DNA of 64,000 nucleotides from Dehalococcoidia bacterium (GTDB lineage: Bacteria; Chloroflexota; Dehalococcoidia; Plut-88900). Shown here piece by piece: positions 19,108 to 28,830 of the stretch (its first letter is position 1; every line of letters starts with the position of its first letter). The position numbers and the translations under genes are program-made. The notes beneath the pieces are model-generated. The model saw only the letters and a list, made by a program, of their open reading frames with translations, was not told the DNA's origin and made no database searches. The stretch spans positions 32,001-96,000 of the forward strand of contig CBDFLQ010000005.1 of NCBI GenBank assembly GCA_965249275.1. The letters run 5' to 3'.

Positions 19108-22100
19108 CTATTCCTCAACAGCAGGCTGTGTAGCTTCAGCATGCGCAGGGGCACCGCGCCGCAACAGCCGGTTCAATTGCCTTGGAATGCTGTCGTTGAA
19201 GAGCATGTAGACGATTGGCAGCACCAGCAGCGTGAGTGCCGTGGAGCTGGTCAGTCCTCCGATAACCACGGTGGCCAGCTCCGCGCTGATCAGGCCGCCG
19301 TCGCCCCCCGTTTCCACTGCCAGCGGCAAAAGCGCAAAGCTGGTGGTTATGGCAGTCATCAGGATGGGCCGCAGCCGTACCCGAGCCCCGGAGATGAGGG
19401 CATCGTAGACTGTCAGGCCCCTGGCGCGTTGTTGCTCGACAAAGGAGATGAGCACGATGGCGTTCGTGACCACGATTCCGATAAGCAGCAGGACGCCCAT
19501 CATCGCCGCCAGGCCGAGGGCCCGGTCCGTCACCGTAAGCGCGACCATCACGCCAACCAGGGCCAGGGGCAGCGTCAGGATGATGACCAACGGGTTTCGC
19601 AAGCTCCCCAAGGCTGCCACCATGACAAGGTAGACAAGGATGATGCCGACTGCCATCGCGGTGAAGATGGCCTGGAAGCCTTCTGCAATGTCCGCAAAGA
19701 TGCCGCCGCTGTTGACGGCGACTCCCGGCGGCAAGTCCAGCGCCGCAATCCTTTCGTCCACCAGGACTCCCACCGCCTGCGTGTCATCCGAGACGATATC
19801 CGCAATGATGCTGGCCGACCTACGTCCGTCCGTACGGCTGATGGACACGGGCCCTTCCCGCAAGACCGGCTCGGCCAGATCACCGAGGGGAGCCGCCCCG
19901 CCCGGTCCGACAATCATCAGCGAACCTAGCTGGTCGACGCTGCCGGTGGATCGGGGGTCGCCGGTGAGTACCACGTCCACGGCTTCCCCATCTACGTTGA
20001 TTGAGGTCACCCGCTGGCCGATTGTGTACTGGCTTATCTGAAGCCCGACCTGCCGTGTGGTCAGGCCGATGCTGCCCGCCTTTTCCGGGTCCACCTCTAT
20101 CGCCACTTCAGGCCGAGCCTCCGCCACGTCGCTTTCCAGGTTTACGATTCCTTCAATGGCGCCTATGGAGGCTGCCAGTTCCTCGGTCACGTCAGAAATG
20201 TGGTTGTAGTTGGGGCCGGTCACAAATATCTCAACGCCACCCGCGGGCGGACCGTCTGAAATCTCGGACACGCGCAGCGTCTGACCCGGCTTCTCGAATT
20301 CATCCCGCAGCGTTTCAGCTATGCCTTCCGGAGCGTCTCCCGAAAGCCGTATGAAGAAACTGGCCTGCTGCAGGCCCATGGGCCCACCGGCTTCACCGGG
20401 ACCGGTAAAGTCACCTCCGCCTATGATCACTGTGTACACGTCGGACAGTTCGTCTACTCGAGTCTCGATCTCGGTAACGGCTTCTACGGTCTGCTCCACG
20501 CTGGAGCCGGGTGGCAGACTAAGCTGGATCTGTAAGAAGCGGTCCCCGTCGCCGCCGAAGAGGTTAACCGGAATGGTGGCCATCAGGCCAAGGCTCCCGA
20601 CGGTGATGAGCGCCGCGGCCAGGAGCGTCACCACCCGATGCCCCAGCGCCCACTTCAGGACGGTGAGGTATGTACGTTGCAGCCAGGTATCCTGTTGCGG
20701 CAGGTCTCCCTCGTCGCCTGCGCCCTCGGGCAGGTCGCCGGGGCGCAGGAGGAACGCGCCCAGGACGGGCACGGCGGTCAGGGCAACCAGCAGGGAGGCA
20801 ATCAGCGCGAAGCTCACCGTCAGTGCGAACGGCAGGAAGAAGGAGCCGACCAGCCCTTGAATGAAGGCCAGAGGCACAAAGACTACAACTGTGGTCATGG
20901 TTGACGCGAAGATTGCAGGCCCGACCTCCCTAGTAGCCTCCAGCGCTGCCCGCCAACGCTCCCGACCCCCCTGTATGTGGCGATAAACGTTCTCCAGCAC
21001 CACGATGGAGTCGTCCACGACTCGGCCCACGGAGATTGCCAGGCCTCCAAGCGTCATGAAGTTCAGGGTCATGTCCTGCCAGTTCATCAGCAGGATGCCC
21101 GTGAACACGCTCAGTGGTATGGACAGGCCGATTACAACGGTGGGGCGCAGCGTGTTGAAAAAGCCGCGCACGACCGTGGGTCGGATGGTCAACATGAAGG
21201 CAAAGACAACCGACACCGCAAACAGGAACCCGAACGTGCCCTCACGGACCAGGTTGTCTATCTGGCCCTGGATTTCGGGACCCTGGTCGGTCACTACAAT
21301 GACGTCGACGTCGTCGGGGATGCCTTCCAGGTTGGCAAGGACATCGTTAACGGCGGTCGTGACGTCCACGGTGTTGGATTCCGGCTCCTTGGACACGCTG
21401 ACGGATAGGCCCGGTTTGCCGTTGGTTCGGGAGATGCTGGATGTCCGACCCGAGCCGAATGTAACGTTCGCCACGTCCGATAGCCGCACCGGTCCGTCCT
21501 CGTTCACTCCCACGACCAAGTCCCGCAAGTCCTCCACCGACTCCAGGGAGTGGGTGGTCTTGGCGATCACGGCCTGTGTCCCATCAAAAAGCAGACCGGC
21601 GGGGAGGGTCACGTTGTTGTCGCGAAGCGCGGAGGAGACCTGAAGGAGGGAGACACCGTTGGCCGACATCTTTTCAAGGTCCGCCGTGACAATGAAGTTG
21701 CGGTCAACGTCCCCGATCAACTGGACCTGCGTAACCCCCTCAATGTCCTCGATCTCCGGGATGATCAGGTCTTGCACCAGCGCCTGGACCTCGACGAGCG
21801 GCCTGTCGGACACCACGCCGAACTGGATTACGGGAAAGGCGTCAGGATCGAAACGGCCCACGGTGGGGTCATCGACGGCGGCCGGGAAATTTACGCCATT
21901 GAGGGCATTCTCAATAAACGCTTCGGCTGCGGCCATATCCGTGCCGTATTGGAATGTGGCAAAGACCGCGGTGTTGCCTTCGGAGGACGTGGACTGAACG
22001 GTCTCCAGTCCATCCGCGCCCGAGATAGCCCGCTCAATCGGGTCCGTAACATCACGGACCACGGCCTCGGGGTCGGCGGACGGATAAGACGCAAATACCG

Positions 22101-22239
22101 TGACCAGGGGGAACTCAATCTGCGGGAACAGTTCCACCTGCATCGAGCGATAGGAAATCACGCCGGAGACCAGGACAAGAATGATCGCCAGAAGGGTAAC
22201 GGTCGGGCGGCGCAAGGCGAATGTTGTAAGGAAGGTCAC
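19108..22239 (-). CDS. RND efflux permease (AcrB/SwrC-like)
   Basis: ELFPQIEFP, GRVVDDSIVVLEN, GIVVTNAIV, RLRPILMT; 1043 aa. Confidence 0.95.
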   Translation of the reverse strand: MTFLTTFALRRPTVTLLAIILVLVSGVISYRSMQVELFPQIEFPLVTVFASYPSADPEAVVRDVTDPIERAISGADGLETVQSTSSEGNTAVFATFQYGTDMAAAEAFIENALNGVNFPAAVDDPTVGRFDPDAFPVIQFGVVSDRPLVEVQALVQDLIIPEIEDIEGVTQVQLIGDVDRNFIVTADLEKMSANGVSLLQVSSALRDNNVTLPAGLLFDGTQAVIAKTTHSLESVEDLRDLVVGVNEDGPVRLSDVANVTFGSGRTSSISRTNGKPGLSVSVSKEPESNTVDVTTAVNDVLANLEGIPDDVDVIVVTDQGPEIQGQIDNLVREGTFGFLFAVSVVFAFMLTIRPTVVRGFFNTLRPTVVIGLSIPLSVFTGILLMNWQDMTLNFMTLGGLAISVGRVVDDSIVVLENVYRHIQGGRERWRAALEATREVGPAIFASTMTTVVVFVPLAFIQGLVGSFFLPFALTVSFALIASLLVALTAVPVLGAFLLRPGDLPEGAGDEGDLPQQDTWLQRTYLTVLKWALGHRVVTLLAAALITVGSLGLMATIPVNLFGGDGDRFLQIQLSLPPGSSVEQTVEAVTEIETRVDELSDVYTVIIGGGDFTGPGEAGGPMGLQQASFFIRLSGDAPEGIAETLRDEFEKPGQTLRVSEISDGPPAGGVEIFVTGPNYNHISDVTEELAASIGAIEGIVNLESDVAEARPEVAIEVDPEKAGSIGLTTRQVGLQISQYTIGQRVTSINVDGEAVDVVLTGDPRSTGSVDQLGSLMIVGPGGAAPLGDLAEPVLREGPVSISRTDGRRSASIIADIVSDDTQAVGVLVDERIAALDLPPGVAVNSGGIFADIAEGFQAIFTAMAVGIILVYLVMVAALGSLRNPLVIILTLPLALVGVMVALTVTDRALGLAAMMGVLLLIGIVVTNAIVLISFVEQQRARGLTVYDALISGARVRLRPILMTAITTSFALLPLAVETGGDGGLISAELATVVIGGLTSSTALTLLVLPIVYMLFNDSIPRQLNRLLRRGAPAHAEATQPAVEE

Positions 22240-22460
22240 CTGGGGCTCCTGCTGTTCTGCCCTCTGTGGCAGAGGGTCGGTTGTGTAGGGTTATAAGACC
22301 AAGGGATACAAAGGAGGGTTGGCAGAACTTTGTGAAATTCTTACCAATATTTTAGCACGATGTTGTAGCACAAGATTGGCCCGACTCTGAAACCTCAGCC
22401 TATCCTGGTTCCCGCCGAGTCCGCTGCCGTCATGTATAATCCCAACGGAGCCTTCTCACC

Positions 22461-23456
22461 ATGACTTCCAACTACAACGGCAACCCCATGAAGGTCCGCA
22501 TCGGCATTGGCCTTGGGTCCTGGCCCTTCGGCGCGATCACCCCCGCCTCCGTCTTCGATTTCATAGACCGCTGCGAGGCCCTGGACATCGACTCCCTCTG
22601 GCTCAGCGACCGAATAGCCGGCCGCGACGACCTCCTGGAGCCCGTTACATTCATGGCCTTCATGGCATCCCGCATGCGGAACATGCTGTTCGGCACCAGC
22701 GTCCTGGTCCTCCCCGTTCGACATCCCGTAGTCCTTGCCAAGGAGCTTGCCACCCTGGACCTCCTTTCCGGGGGCCGACTCCTCCCCGCCGTCGGAATCG
22801 GCCCGCCTACATCCGAAGACTTCCGGGCCACGGGTATCGAGCAGAAGGGCCGGGGGCGTCGCACCGACGAAGCCATCCGCCTGATGAAACGACTCTGGAC
22901 CGAGGACAGCGTCACCTTCCACGGCGAGTACTACTCCATCGAAAACATCTCGGTCACGCCCAAGCCCGCCCAGCCGGGGGGCCCGCCCATCTGGATCGGG
23001 GGCAGGTCCAAGGCCGCATATAGACGGGCCGGGACCCTGGGCGACGGTTGGCTTTCGTCCAGCATCACCGTTGAGGAGACGGGCGAGGGCGTACGGACCA
23101 TCAAGGCCTACGCCGCCAAGGCTAACCGTGAAGTCCCCGAGGACCATTTCGGAATCTATCTCCCCTTCCTCTTCACCGAGAACCGGGAACGAGACCTCGA
23201 CATCGCCAGGCCCTTCCTCCACGGCAGACCCGACGTACCGGACGACGCCATCTCCGCCGTTGGGAGCCCGGACGAGGTGCGGGCCCGGGTGCAGGAGTAC
23301 ATCGACAAGGGCGCTACCAAGTTCGTCATGAGGCCCGCCTGCCCCGGCAGCATGTGGTTCGACCAGCTGGAGACCCTCGCCCGAGAGGTCATCCAGCCCA
23401 TCCAGACCCCCTTCAGCGTTCGTGAGCGACAGAAACGGGCAGCCGCCGCAGGTTGA
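22461..23456 (+). CDS. LLM-class flavin/F420-dependent oxidoreductase
   Basis: DSLWLSD, LAKELATLDLLSGGR, PPIWIGG. Confidence 0.92.
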   Translation: MTSNYNGNPMKVRIGIGLGSWPFGAITPASVFDFIDRCEALDIDSLWLSDRIAGRDDLLEPVTFMAFMASRMRNMLFGTSVLVLPVRHPVVLAKELATLDLLSGGRLLPAVGIGPPTSEDFRATGIEQKGRGRRTDEAIRLMKRLWTEDSVTFHGEYYSIENISVTPKPAQPGGPPIWIGGRSKAAYRRAGTLGDGWLSSSITVEETGEGVRTIKAYAAKANREVPEDHFGIYLPFLFTENRERDLDIARPFLHGRPDVPDDAISAVGSPDEVRARVQEYIDKGATKFVMRPACPGSMWFDQLETLAREVIQPIQTPFSVRERQKRAAAAG

Positions 23457-23549
23457 CCCCCGACATGCCCTTTCCCTTCCATTGGAATCCCATAATAGAA
23501 GCTAGGATTTAGACAAACGCGGGCCGAAGCCCGCAACCGGAGGTGTATT

Positions 23550-24377
23550 TTGCCCTACGAAAACGTGCTATATGAGACCGACGGCCGCGTCGCGACTATT
23601 ACGATGAACCGGCCCGACAAGCTCAACGCCCTCAGTGAGGGGCTCATCGACGACATCGTCGCCGCAGCGGAAGAGGCGGAAGCCGACCGCGAAGTCCGCT
23701 CCATCATCCTCAAGGCCGCCGGTCGAGCCTTCTCCGCAGGCTACGACATTTCCCCAGGTGCCCACGGCGACGGCTCCGACGATCTATACGGCGAGCTCAT
23801 GCGCTTCCGCAAGACCAACATGCAGTGGGGCAAGCTCTGGAACCTCTCCAAGCCCATCATCGCCCAGGTCCACGGCTACTGCCTCGCAGGCGCCACCGAC
23901 CTCGCTACCTCCTGCGACATGATCATCGCCGCCGAGAACAGCACTTTCGGCCTCCCCGACGTCCGGGGCATCGAGTCGGTCGAAAATCACATGTGGACCT
24001 ACCTGGTCGGGCCGCAGTGGGCCAAGCGCATGATGATGACCGGCGACCCCATCGACGGCAAGACCGCCGAGCGCATCGGCCTCATCATGCAGGCCGTCCC
24101 CGCCGACGATCTGGACGCCGAGGTGAAACGCCTCGCCGGTCGGGTGGCCAACATCCCCCTGGAGCTTCTTGCCCCTCACAAGTCGCTGATCAACAAGGTG
24201 ATGGGCCTCATGGGGCACGCGGTCGCCCAACAGCTCGCCTTCGACACGGTCTCCATCACCCACTACTCGGACTCCCGCAAGAACTTCACCGCGATGGCCG
24301 AGAAGGAAGGCCTCCGAGCTGCCCTCCTAAACCGTGACGGCCCCTTCGGCGACTACACCGCCCGCCCGAAGAAGTAG
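23550..24377 (+). CDS. Enoyl-CoA hydratase/isomerase family protein
   Basis: NRPDKLNAL, AFSAGYD, KPIIAQVHGYCLAG. Confidence 0.92.
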   Translation: MPYENVLYETDGRVATITMNRPDKLNALSEGLIDDIVAAAEEAEADREVRSIILKAAGRAFSAGYDISPGAHGDGSDDLYGELMRFRKTNMQWGKLWNLSKPIIAQVHGYCLAGATDLATSCDMIIAAENSTFGLPDVRGIESVENHMWTYLVGPQWAKRMMMTGDPIDGKTAERIGLIMQAVPADDLDAEVKRLAGRVANIPLELLAPHKSLINKVMGLMGHAVAQQLAFDTVSITHYSDSRKNFTAMAEKEGLRAALLNRDGPFGDYTARPKK

Positions 24378-24429
24378 AAGCTTAGCGCAGCGCTGTCCTA
24401 TTGCCCTCCTGGGAATGAAATACCGGGTC

Positions 24430-24864
24430 GTGGGGCCGCTCGTGCTGAGCTTAGTCGAAGTATGAGCGGGGGGTGGGGGAGGTCCGTTGTAGCGGCCAGG
24501 CCTGCCAGTCCCCACTCGACCCTTCGACTACGCTGATGGTGTGCAGGGTGGGTAGCAGCCAAGCGTCGAGGAAAAGGAAATGGCCGGTGTGGGGCCGCTC
24601 GTGCTGAGCTTAATCGAAGTATGAGCGGGGAGCGGGGCAGGCCCGTTCAAGCCGCCAGGTTTGCTAGTCCTCTCTCGACCCTTCGACTACGCTCATTGTG
24701 TGCGGGGTGGGTGGCAGCCAAGCGCAGAGGAAAAGGAAATGGCAGTCGTGGGGCCGCTCGTGCTGAGCTTAGTCGAAGTATGAGCGGGGGGTGGGACAGG
24801 CCTGTTTAAGCGGCCAAGTTTGCGAGTTCTCGCTCGACCCTTCGACAAACTCAGGGTGAGCGGG
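24430..24864. repeat. Tandem array of about 2.7 x 159-bp units built from family A palindromes
   Basis: GTGGGGCCGCTCGTGCTGAGCTTAxTCGAAGTATGAGCGGGG begins at about 24430, 24589 and 24748. Confidence 0.9.
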
Positions 24865-24945
24865 ATAAGTGAGGATAGGACGTGTAGAAAAGGGGTCCTG
24901 ATCGTATAGAAGACCGCCACGTTTCCAAGTAAGGTTAGTTCAATT

Positions 24946-25740
24946 ATGAATGACCCCCGTGTCGTCGCGCTGCACTACCGCATCGAACACGAGAGTTCCG
25001 TTGACTACAGTAAAGCGGAGCCGGTCGATCACGAAGAAGAGGGATTTGGGCTACGGATAGAAGAAGGCCAGGTGTGCTTTAGGTTGAAGGACGACCATCC
25101 AACTCTGGACTCGGCATTGGAAGTGGTCAACTCTTACATTAGCAATTGGGAGTTGGATGCCACCCTAGCGAGCGGGCCTGGTCAGTTCAAGTTGAGGTTC
25201 GTCAGGCCTGAGGTAGTAGACCGAGCCCCTACCCCAGGCGAGCATAGAGTTTCTGCAAGCCCAATATATTGGGAGTTCGCCACCTCGGTTCCTACAGTCA
25301 CTGTGGGTAGACCGTATCCCAAACCTCCTGTCGGTGTGTCACTTAAACACAATGATGACGTGATGGTTATGCTCGGTCGATATGAGGGCCTTTGTTACGA
25401 GAGGGAAAAGCTACCGTCTGTGGCACAATTCTGTCTCACCATGCTCGAGAAATCAGCGGGAGACCGATCTAAGGTACCCAAGAAGTTTGCGATTGAGAAA
25501 AAGGTGCTCAGTAAAGTCGGAAATCTTGCCGGCAACAAGGGTGGCCGCACCATGGCCAGAAAGGCCAAAGGCATCAATGAGGAGTTCACGCTAGAGGAAA
25601 CTCGATTTCTCCAAAGTGCTGTCAAGGTATTTATTCGGAGAGTGGCAGAGGAGGCACGAACTCCCGGCGGGCCGTTTCGGAAGATCACCGTGAACGACTT
25701 TCCAGAGCTGTGGTCAGAGCACCAACAAGGATGCGTCTGA
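24946..25740 (+). CDS. Hypothetical protein
   Basis: 264-aa ORF, lower GC, no family recognised. Confidence 0.65.
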   Translation: MNDPRVVALHYRIEHESSVDYSKAEPVDHEEEGFGLRIEEGQVCFRLKDDHPTLDSALEVVNSYISNWELDATLASGPGQFKLRFVRPEVVDRAPTPGEHRVSASPIYWEFATSVPTVTVGRPYPKPPVGVSLKHNDDVMVMLGRYEGLCYEREKLPSVAQFCLTMLEKSAGDRSKVPKKFAIEKKVLSKVGNLAGNKGGRTMARKAKGINEEFTLEETRFLQSAVKVFIRRVAEEARTPGGPFRKITVNDFPELWSEHQQGCV

Positions 25741-25814
25741 GTGTATTACTCCCTATCTCTGTCCGCTCTCACTAGACGGTGAGGGTGGGCTTGCTCGTTG
25801 GGGGCAAGCCCACG

Positions 25815-25946
25815 GAGCCTGTCTCATAAGTCCGTTAAACACAGCCCGATTGGATATTCTTGACCAATGCGACGGGTGCCATAGGCACGAATCCAAGTCG
25901 CAAGAAAGCGAGAATTGGGGCGTGCAACGACTTTTGAGACAGGCTC
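25815..25946. mobile_element. 132-bp MITE with 18-bp TIRs and 4-bp target duplication
   Basis: Left GAGCCTGTCTCATAAGTC, right GACTTTTGAGACAGGCTC (17/18 match); CACG at 25811-25814 and 25947-25950. Confidence 0.85.
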
Positions 25947-26107
25947 CACGTGGTTGCCCTATCTTTCCCCTCTTCAGCTAGGAAAAGCAATAGAAACTGC
26001 TCGAAGTTCCGCGTCTATCCAATAGACAGGTTGTGTGTGCTCTAACCCCCCCACCCCCTCCCCAATTCTTGCTAAAATACTACATGGAGATGGTGCCCGC
26101 GTTCGCG

Positions 26108-26136
26108 TTGACTTGCCCCCATGCGGTTGCTATATT
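26108..26136 (+). promoter_or_regulatory. Sigma70-type promoter of the GuaB3 gene
   Basis: TTGACT-17 bp-TATATT. Confidence 0.65.
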
Positions 26137-26190
26137 TCCCCCCAATTCCCACACAGGCCGTAGTGTAGGCTAACCATAACCGGAGGCTGA

Positions 26191-27345
26191 ATGTACCTTC
26201 CTAGGATCAAGGAATTGCGACGGGCCTACGGGTTCGAAGAAGTAGCAATCGTTCCGGGGGAGGTCACAATAAACCCGGAGCTCGCCAACACCACCTTCTC
26301 CCTCGGCCCCCACGCCTTTTCCATACCCCTGATCGCCTCCGCCATGGACGGCGTCGTCGATCCCAACATGGCCATTATGATGCACGAGTTCGGCGGGCTG
26401 GGAGTGCTCAACCTGGAAGGAATCCATGGCCGGTACCAAGACCCTGGAGACATCCTTGAGGAAATATCCCACGCCTCCGAAGACGACATCACACCCCTAT
26501 TCCAGAAAATCTACTCCTCACCCATAAAAGACCAGGCAATCGCCGGTTGCATCACCCGCATCAAGGACGCGGGGGCGGTCTGCGCCGTTTCCGTCACACC
26601 CCAGAACACCAAGAGGGTCGCACCCATTGCCGTCGAGGCCGGCGCCGACATCCTGGTCGTCCAGTCGACAGTCACTACTGCTCGACACGTCTCCCGAAGC
26701 TACAAAGGCCTCATATTCCAGGAGCTGTGCCAGCAGCTTTCGATACCAGTGGTAGTCGGCAACTCCGTCGGGTTTAACACGGCCCTGGAGCTTATGGAGA
26801 CAGGCATTGCCGGCCTGCTGGTGGGTGTCGGGCCCGGCGCCGCCTGCACAAGCCGGGAAGTCCTCGGAATTGGGGTGCCGCAGATCACCGCAACCCTTGA
26901 TTGTGCCGCCGCCCGAGATGAGTACGTGCGCAGGACGGGCCGAGACGTCGCCATCATCACCGACGGCGGCCTCAGGACCGGCGGCGACATCTGCAAGGCA
27001 ATAGCCTCCGGCGCCGACGCCATTATGCTCGGCACTCCCCTCGCCCAGGCCCACGAGGCCCCCGGCCGAGGCTACAACTGGGGCATGGCCAGCCCCCACC
27101 CAGACCTCCCCAGGGGCACCCGCATCAAGGTCGGGACCCGGGGATCGCTGAAAGAGATTCTCCTTGGCCCCTCATCCGTCGCCGATGGCACGATGAACCT
27201 GGTCGGGGCTTTGCGCACGGCCATGGGCATGTGTGGCGCCCTCACCATCAAGGACATGCACCAGGCCGAGATGATCATCGCCCCATCCATCAAGACCGAG
27301 GGCAAGATCTTCCAGATGCAGCAAAGGGCCAACTCCCGGAACTAG
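26191..27345 (+). CDS. GuaB3-family IMP dehydrogenase-related protein (no CBS domains)
   Basis: RRAYGFEEVAIVP, ASAMDGVV, VGVGPGAACTSR, NWGMA, IAPSIKTEGK. Confidence 0.92.
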   Translation: MYLPRIKELRRAYGFEEVAIVPGEVTINPELANTTFSLGPHAFSIPLIASAMDGVVDPNMAIMMHEFGGLGVLNLEGIHGRYQDPGDILEEISHASEDDITPLFQKIYSSPIKDQAIAGCITRIKDAGAVCAVSVTPQNTKRVAPIAVEAGADILVVQSTVTTARHVSRSYKGLIFQELCQQLSIPVVVGNSVGFNTALELMETGIAGLLVGVGPGAACTSREVLGIGVPQITATLDCAAARDEYVRRTGRDVAIITDGGLRTGGDICKAIASGADAIMLGTPLAQAHEAPGRGYNWGMASPHPDLPRGTRIKVGTRGSLKEILLGPSSVADGTMNLVGALRTAMGMCGALTIKDMHQAEMIIAPSIKTEGKIFQMQQRANSRN

Positions 27346-27356
27346 TATTCCACCCC

Positions 27357-27385
27357 GTCATTCCCGACTCCGATTGGGAATCCAG
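27357..27385. repeat. Family B palindrome GTCATTCC-N-GGAATCCAG
   Basis: Copies at 27357, 29833, 30349 and 31352. Confidence 0.8.
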
Positions 27386-27396
27386 AGGGTGGAGGG

Positions 27397-27433
27397 GCCG
27401 CTCATCCTGAGCACCGTCGAAGGGTCGAGCGGG
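27397..27433. repeat. Family A palindrome
   Basis: GCCGCTCATCCTGAGCACCGTCGAAGGGTCGAGCGG. Confidence 0.8.
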
Positions 27434-27572
27434 GGGAGCAGCGTCCCACATTAAGCCAACTCATGCCTCTAGCCTGTCACCGTTATTCGTAGTCGAAAGT
27501 GTGCTTAGTAGACGCAACGTATGTCCCCAATCCGCTAAACTACCCCCAACCATCCCCACCAGGAGAACCGTC

Positions 27573-28094
27573 ATGCCCGAAAGGCTCCTCCAAGGCGACC
27601 GCTTCCCGAAAATCAAGCTGGACCTGACAGACGGCTCGACTATCACACTCCCCAACGAGGCCCCCGGACGCTACTTCGCCCTCCTCTTCTACCGCGGCGA
27701 GTGGTGACCTTACTGCAGGGTGCAGTTGGTCACCTATCAGAAAAGCATGGCCGAGCTTGAAGAGCTCGGTGTGTACGTCATCGGGGCGACGATTGAAGAC
27801 CGGGACACGGCTGCGCGTATGGCCGAGGAGGAGGGCGTAACCTTCCCCATTGCCTATGGAGTCTCGCCAGAGAGCATCAGACCTCTCGCCCCATTGTGGG
27901 GGGAAGAAAAGGGCTACGGCCTCACCGTCGAGCCCATGGAATTCCTGGTGCGGCGTGGGTTTGTGATCGGCTCGATGTACGCCTCGGGGCCCGTGGGCCG
28001 GATGGACGTCACCCAGCTTATCCATTTCATCAAGCTCCGGGAGAAATCACGGCAGCGGGTCTTACACAGCACGGCTGCGTCGCGCGAACCTTGA
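27573..28094 (+). CDS. Peroxiredoxin-like (AhpC/TSA) selenoprotein with UxxC motif
   Basis: AGGAG RBS, ATG 27573; FYRGEW-TGA(27705-27707)-PYCRVQL continues in frame to 28094; hairpin starts at the TGA. Confidence 0.85.
27705..27732 (+). promoter_or_regulatory. Putative bacterial SECIS hairpin
   Basis: TGACC-TT-ACTGCA-GGG-TGCAGT-T-GGTCA stem-loop with G-containing apical loop. Confidence 0.6.
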
Positions 28095-28188
28095 TCGGAT
28101 TGTTGGAGAAATGAATAAAGCGCCCATCTTGGACGCTTTCAACTCTTGATTGAGGAGATGTGTGTTTGCTTCTTGGATTGCCGGCAGA

Positions 28189-28543
28189 CTAGAACGGTCT
28201 CCCACGTAATCGGCGTGGCAGCAATTTCTGCCCCACAGGGTCCACCATTAGGCCAAACTCCTCCAACGCCAAAGCCCCCAAAAGTGGCTCGCTATCCTCA
28301 CCAAAAACCACCTGGCACACTTCCTCGCGGCCATCATAGGACATGAGCGCTCTTCCGATGGGATATTCCTTCAATGACCCATCGGCCATCTCCATCACCT
28401 CGCTCTTATACGGCTTGACACCTGCCTTTTGCAATACAGAACTCGGTATCAGCGAGTAGTGAGCACCCCTATCTACCGTGGCCTTCACTCGTTGAAATGC
28501 GTTGCCTTCAATGTTAGCCACGCCTATTGTCACCGATAACATT
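28189..28543 (-). CDS. Clan AA (retropepsin-like) aspartyl protease homologue, possibly degenerate
   Basis: ATVDRGA (usually DTGA), EPLLGALALEEFGLMVDP; start uncertain (ORF open to 28647). Confidence 0.7.
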
Positions 28544-28621
28544 CGATAAATCTCTCCCTGATCCTCATTATAGGCGGTGTCCGGGACCAATATTGACACC
28601 CCATCTCTCCTCCCCAAGTAC

Positions 28622-28671
28622 TGAATAGGGGCACAAGCATGCGCCAAGGCGCATGCTTGTGCCCCTATTCA
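28622..28671. repeat. Perfect 24-bp inverted repeat with 2-nt loop
   Basis: TGAATAGGGGCACAAGCATGCGCC-AA-GGCGCATGCTTGTGCCCCTATTCA. Confidence 0.9.
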
Positions 28672-28830
28672 TCTCTCCCCCTCTCCCTTAATGGCCCTAA
28701 GGGAGAGGGGGACCAAGGGGGAGAGGGTTCCCTGGTGGCCATTACAGGTGTGAAGAGTTGTTGACACCCCGACACCCCCCTCCCCATAATCACCGCATTC
28801 CACTCCCCCACCCCGCCAAGGAGGTCCAGC

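Noticed and set aside
24430-24864. Possible CRISPR array
   Set aside because: The intervening segments are homologous to each other rather than unique spacers, the period is 159 bp, and no cas genes are present
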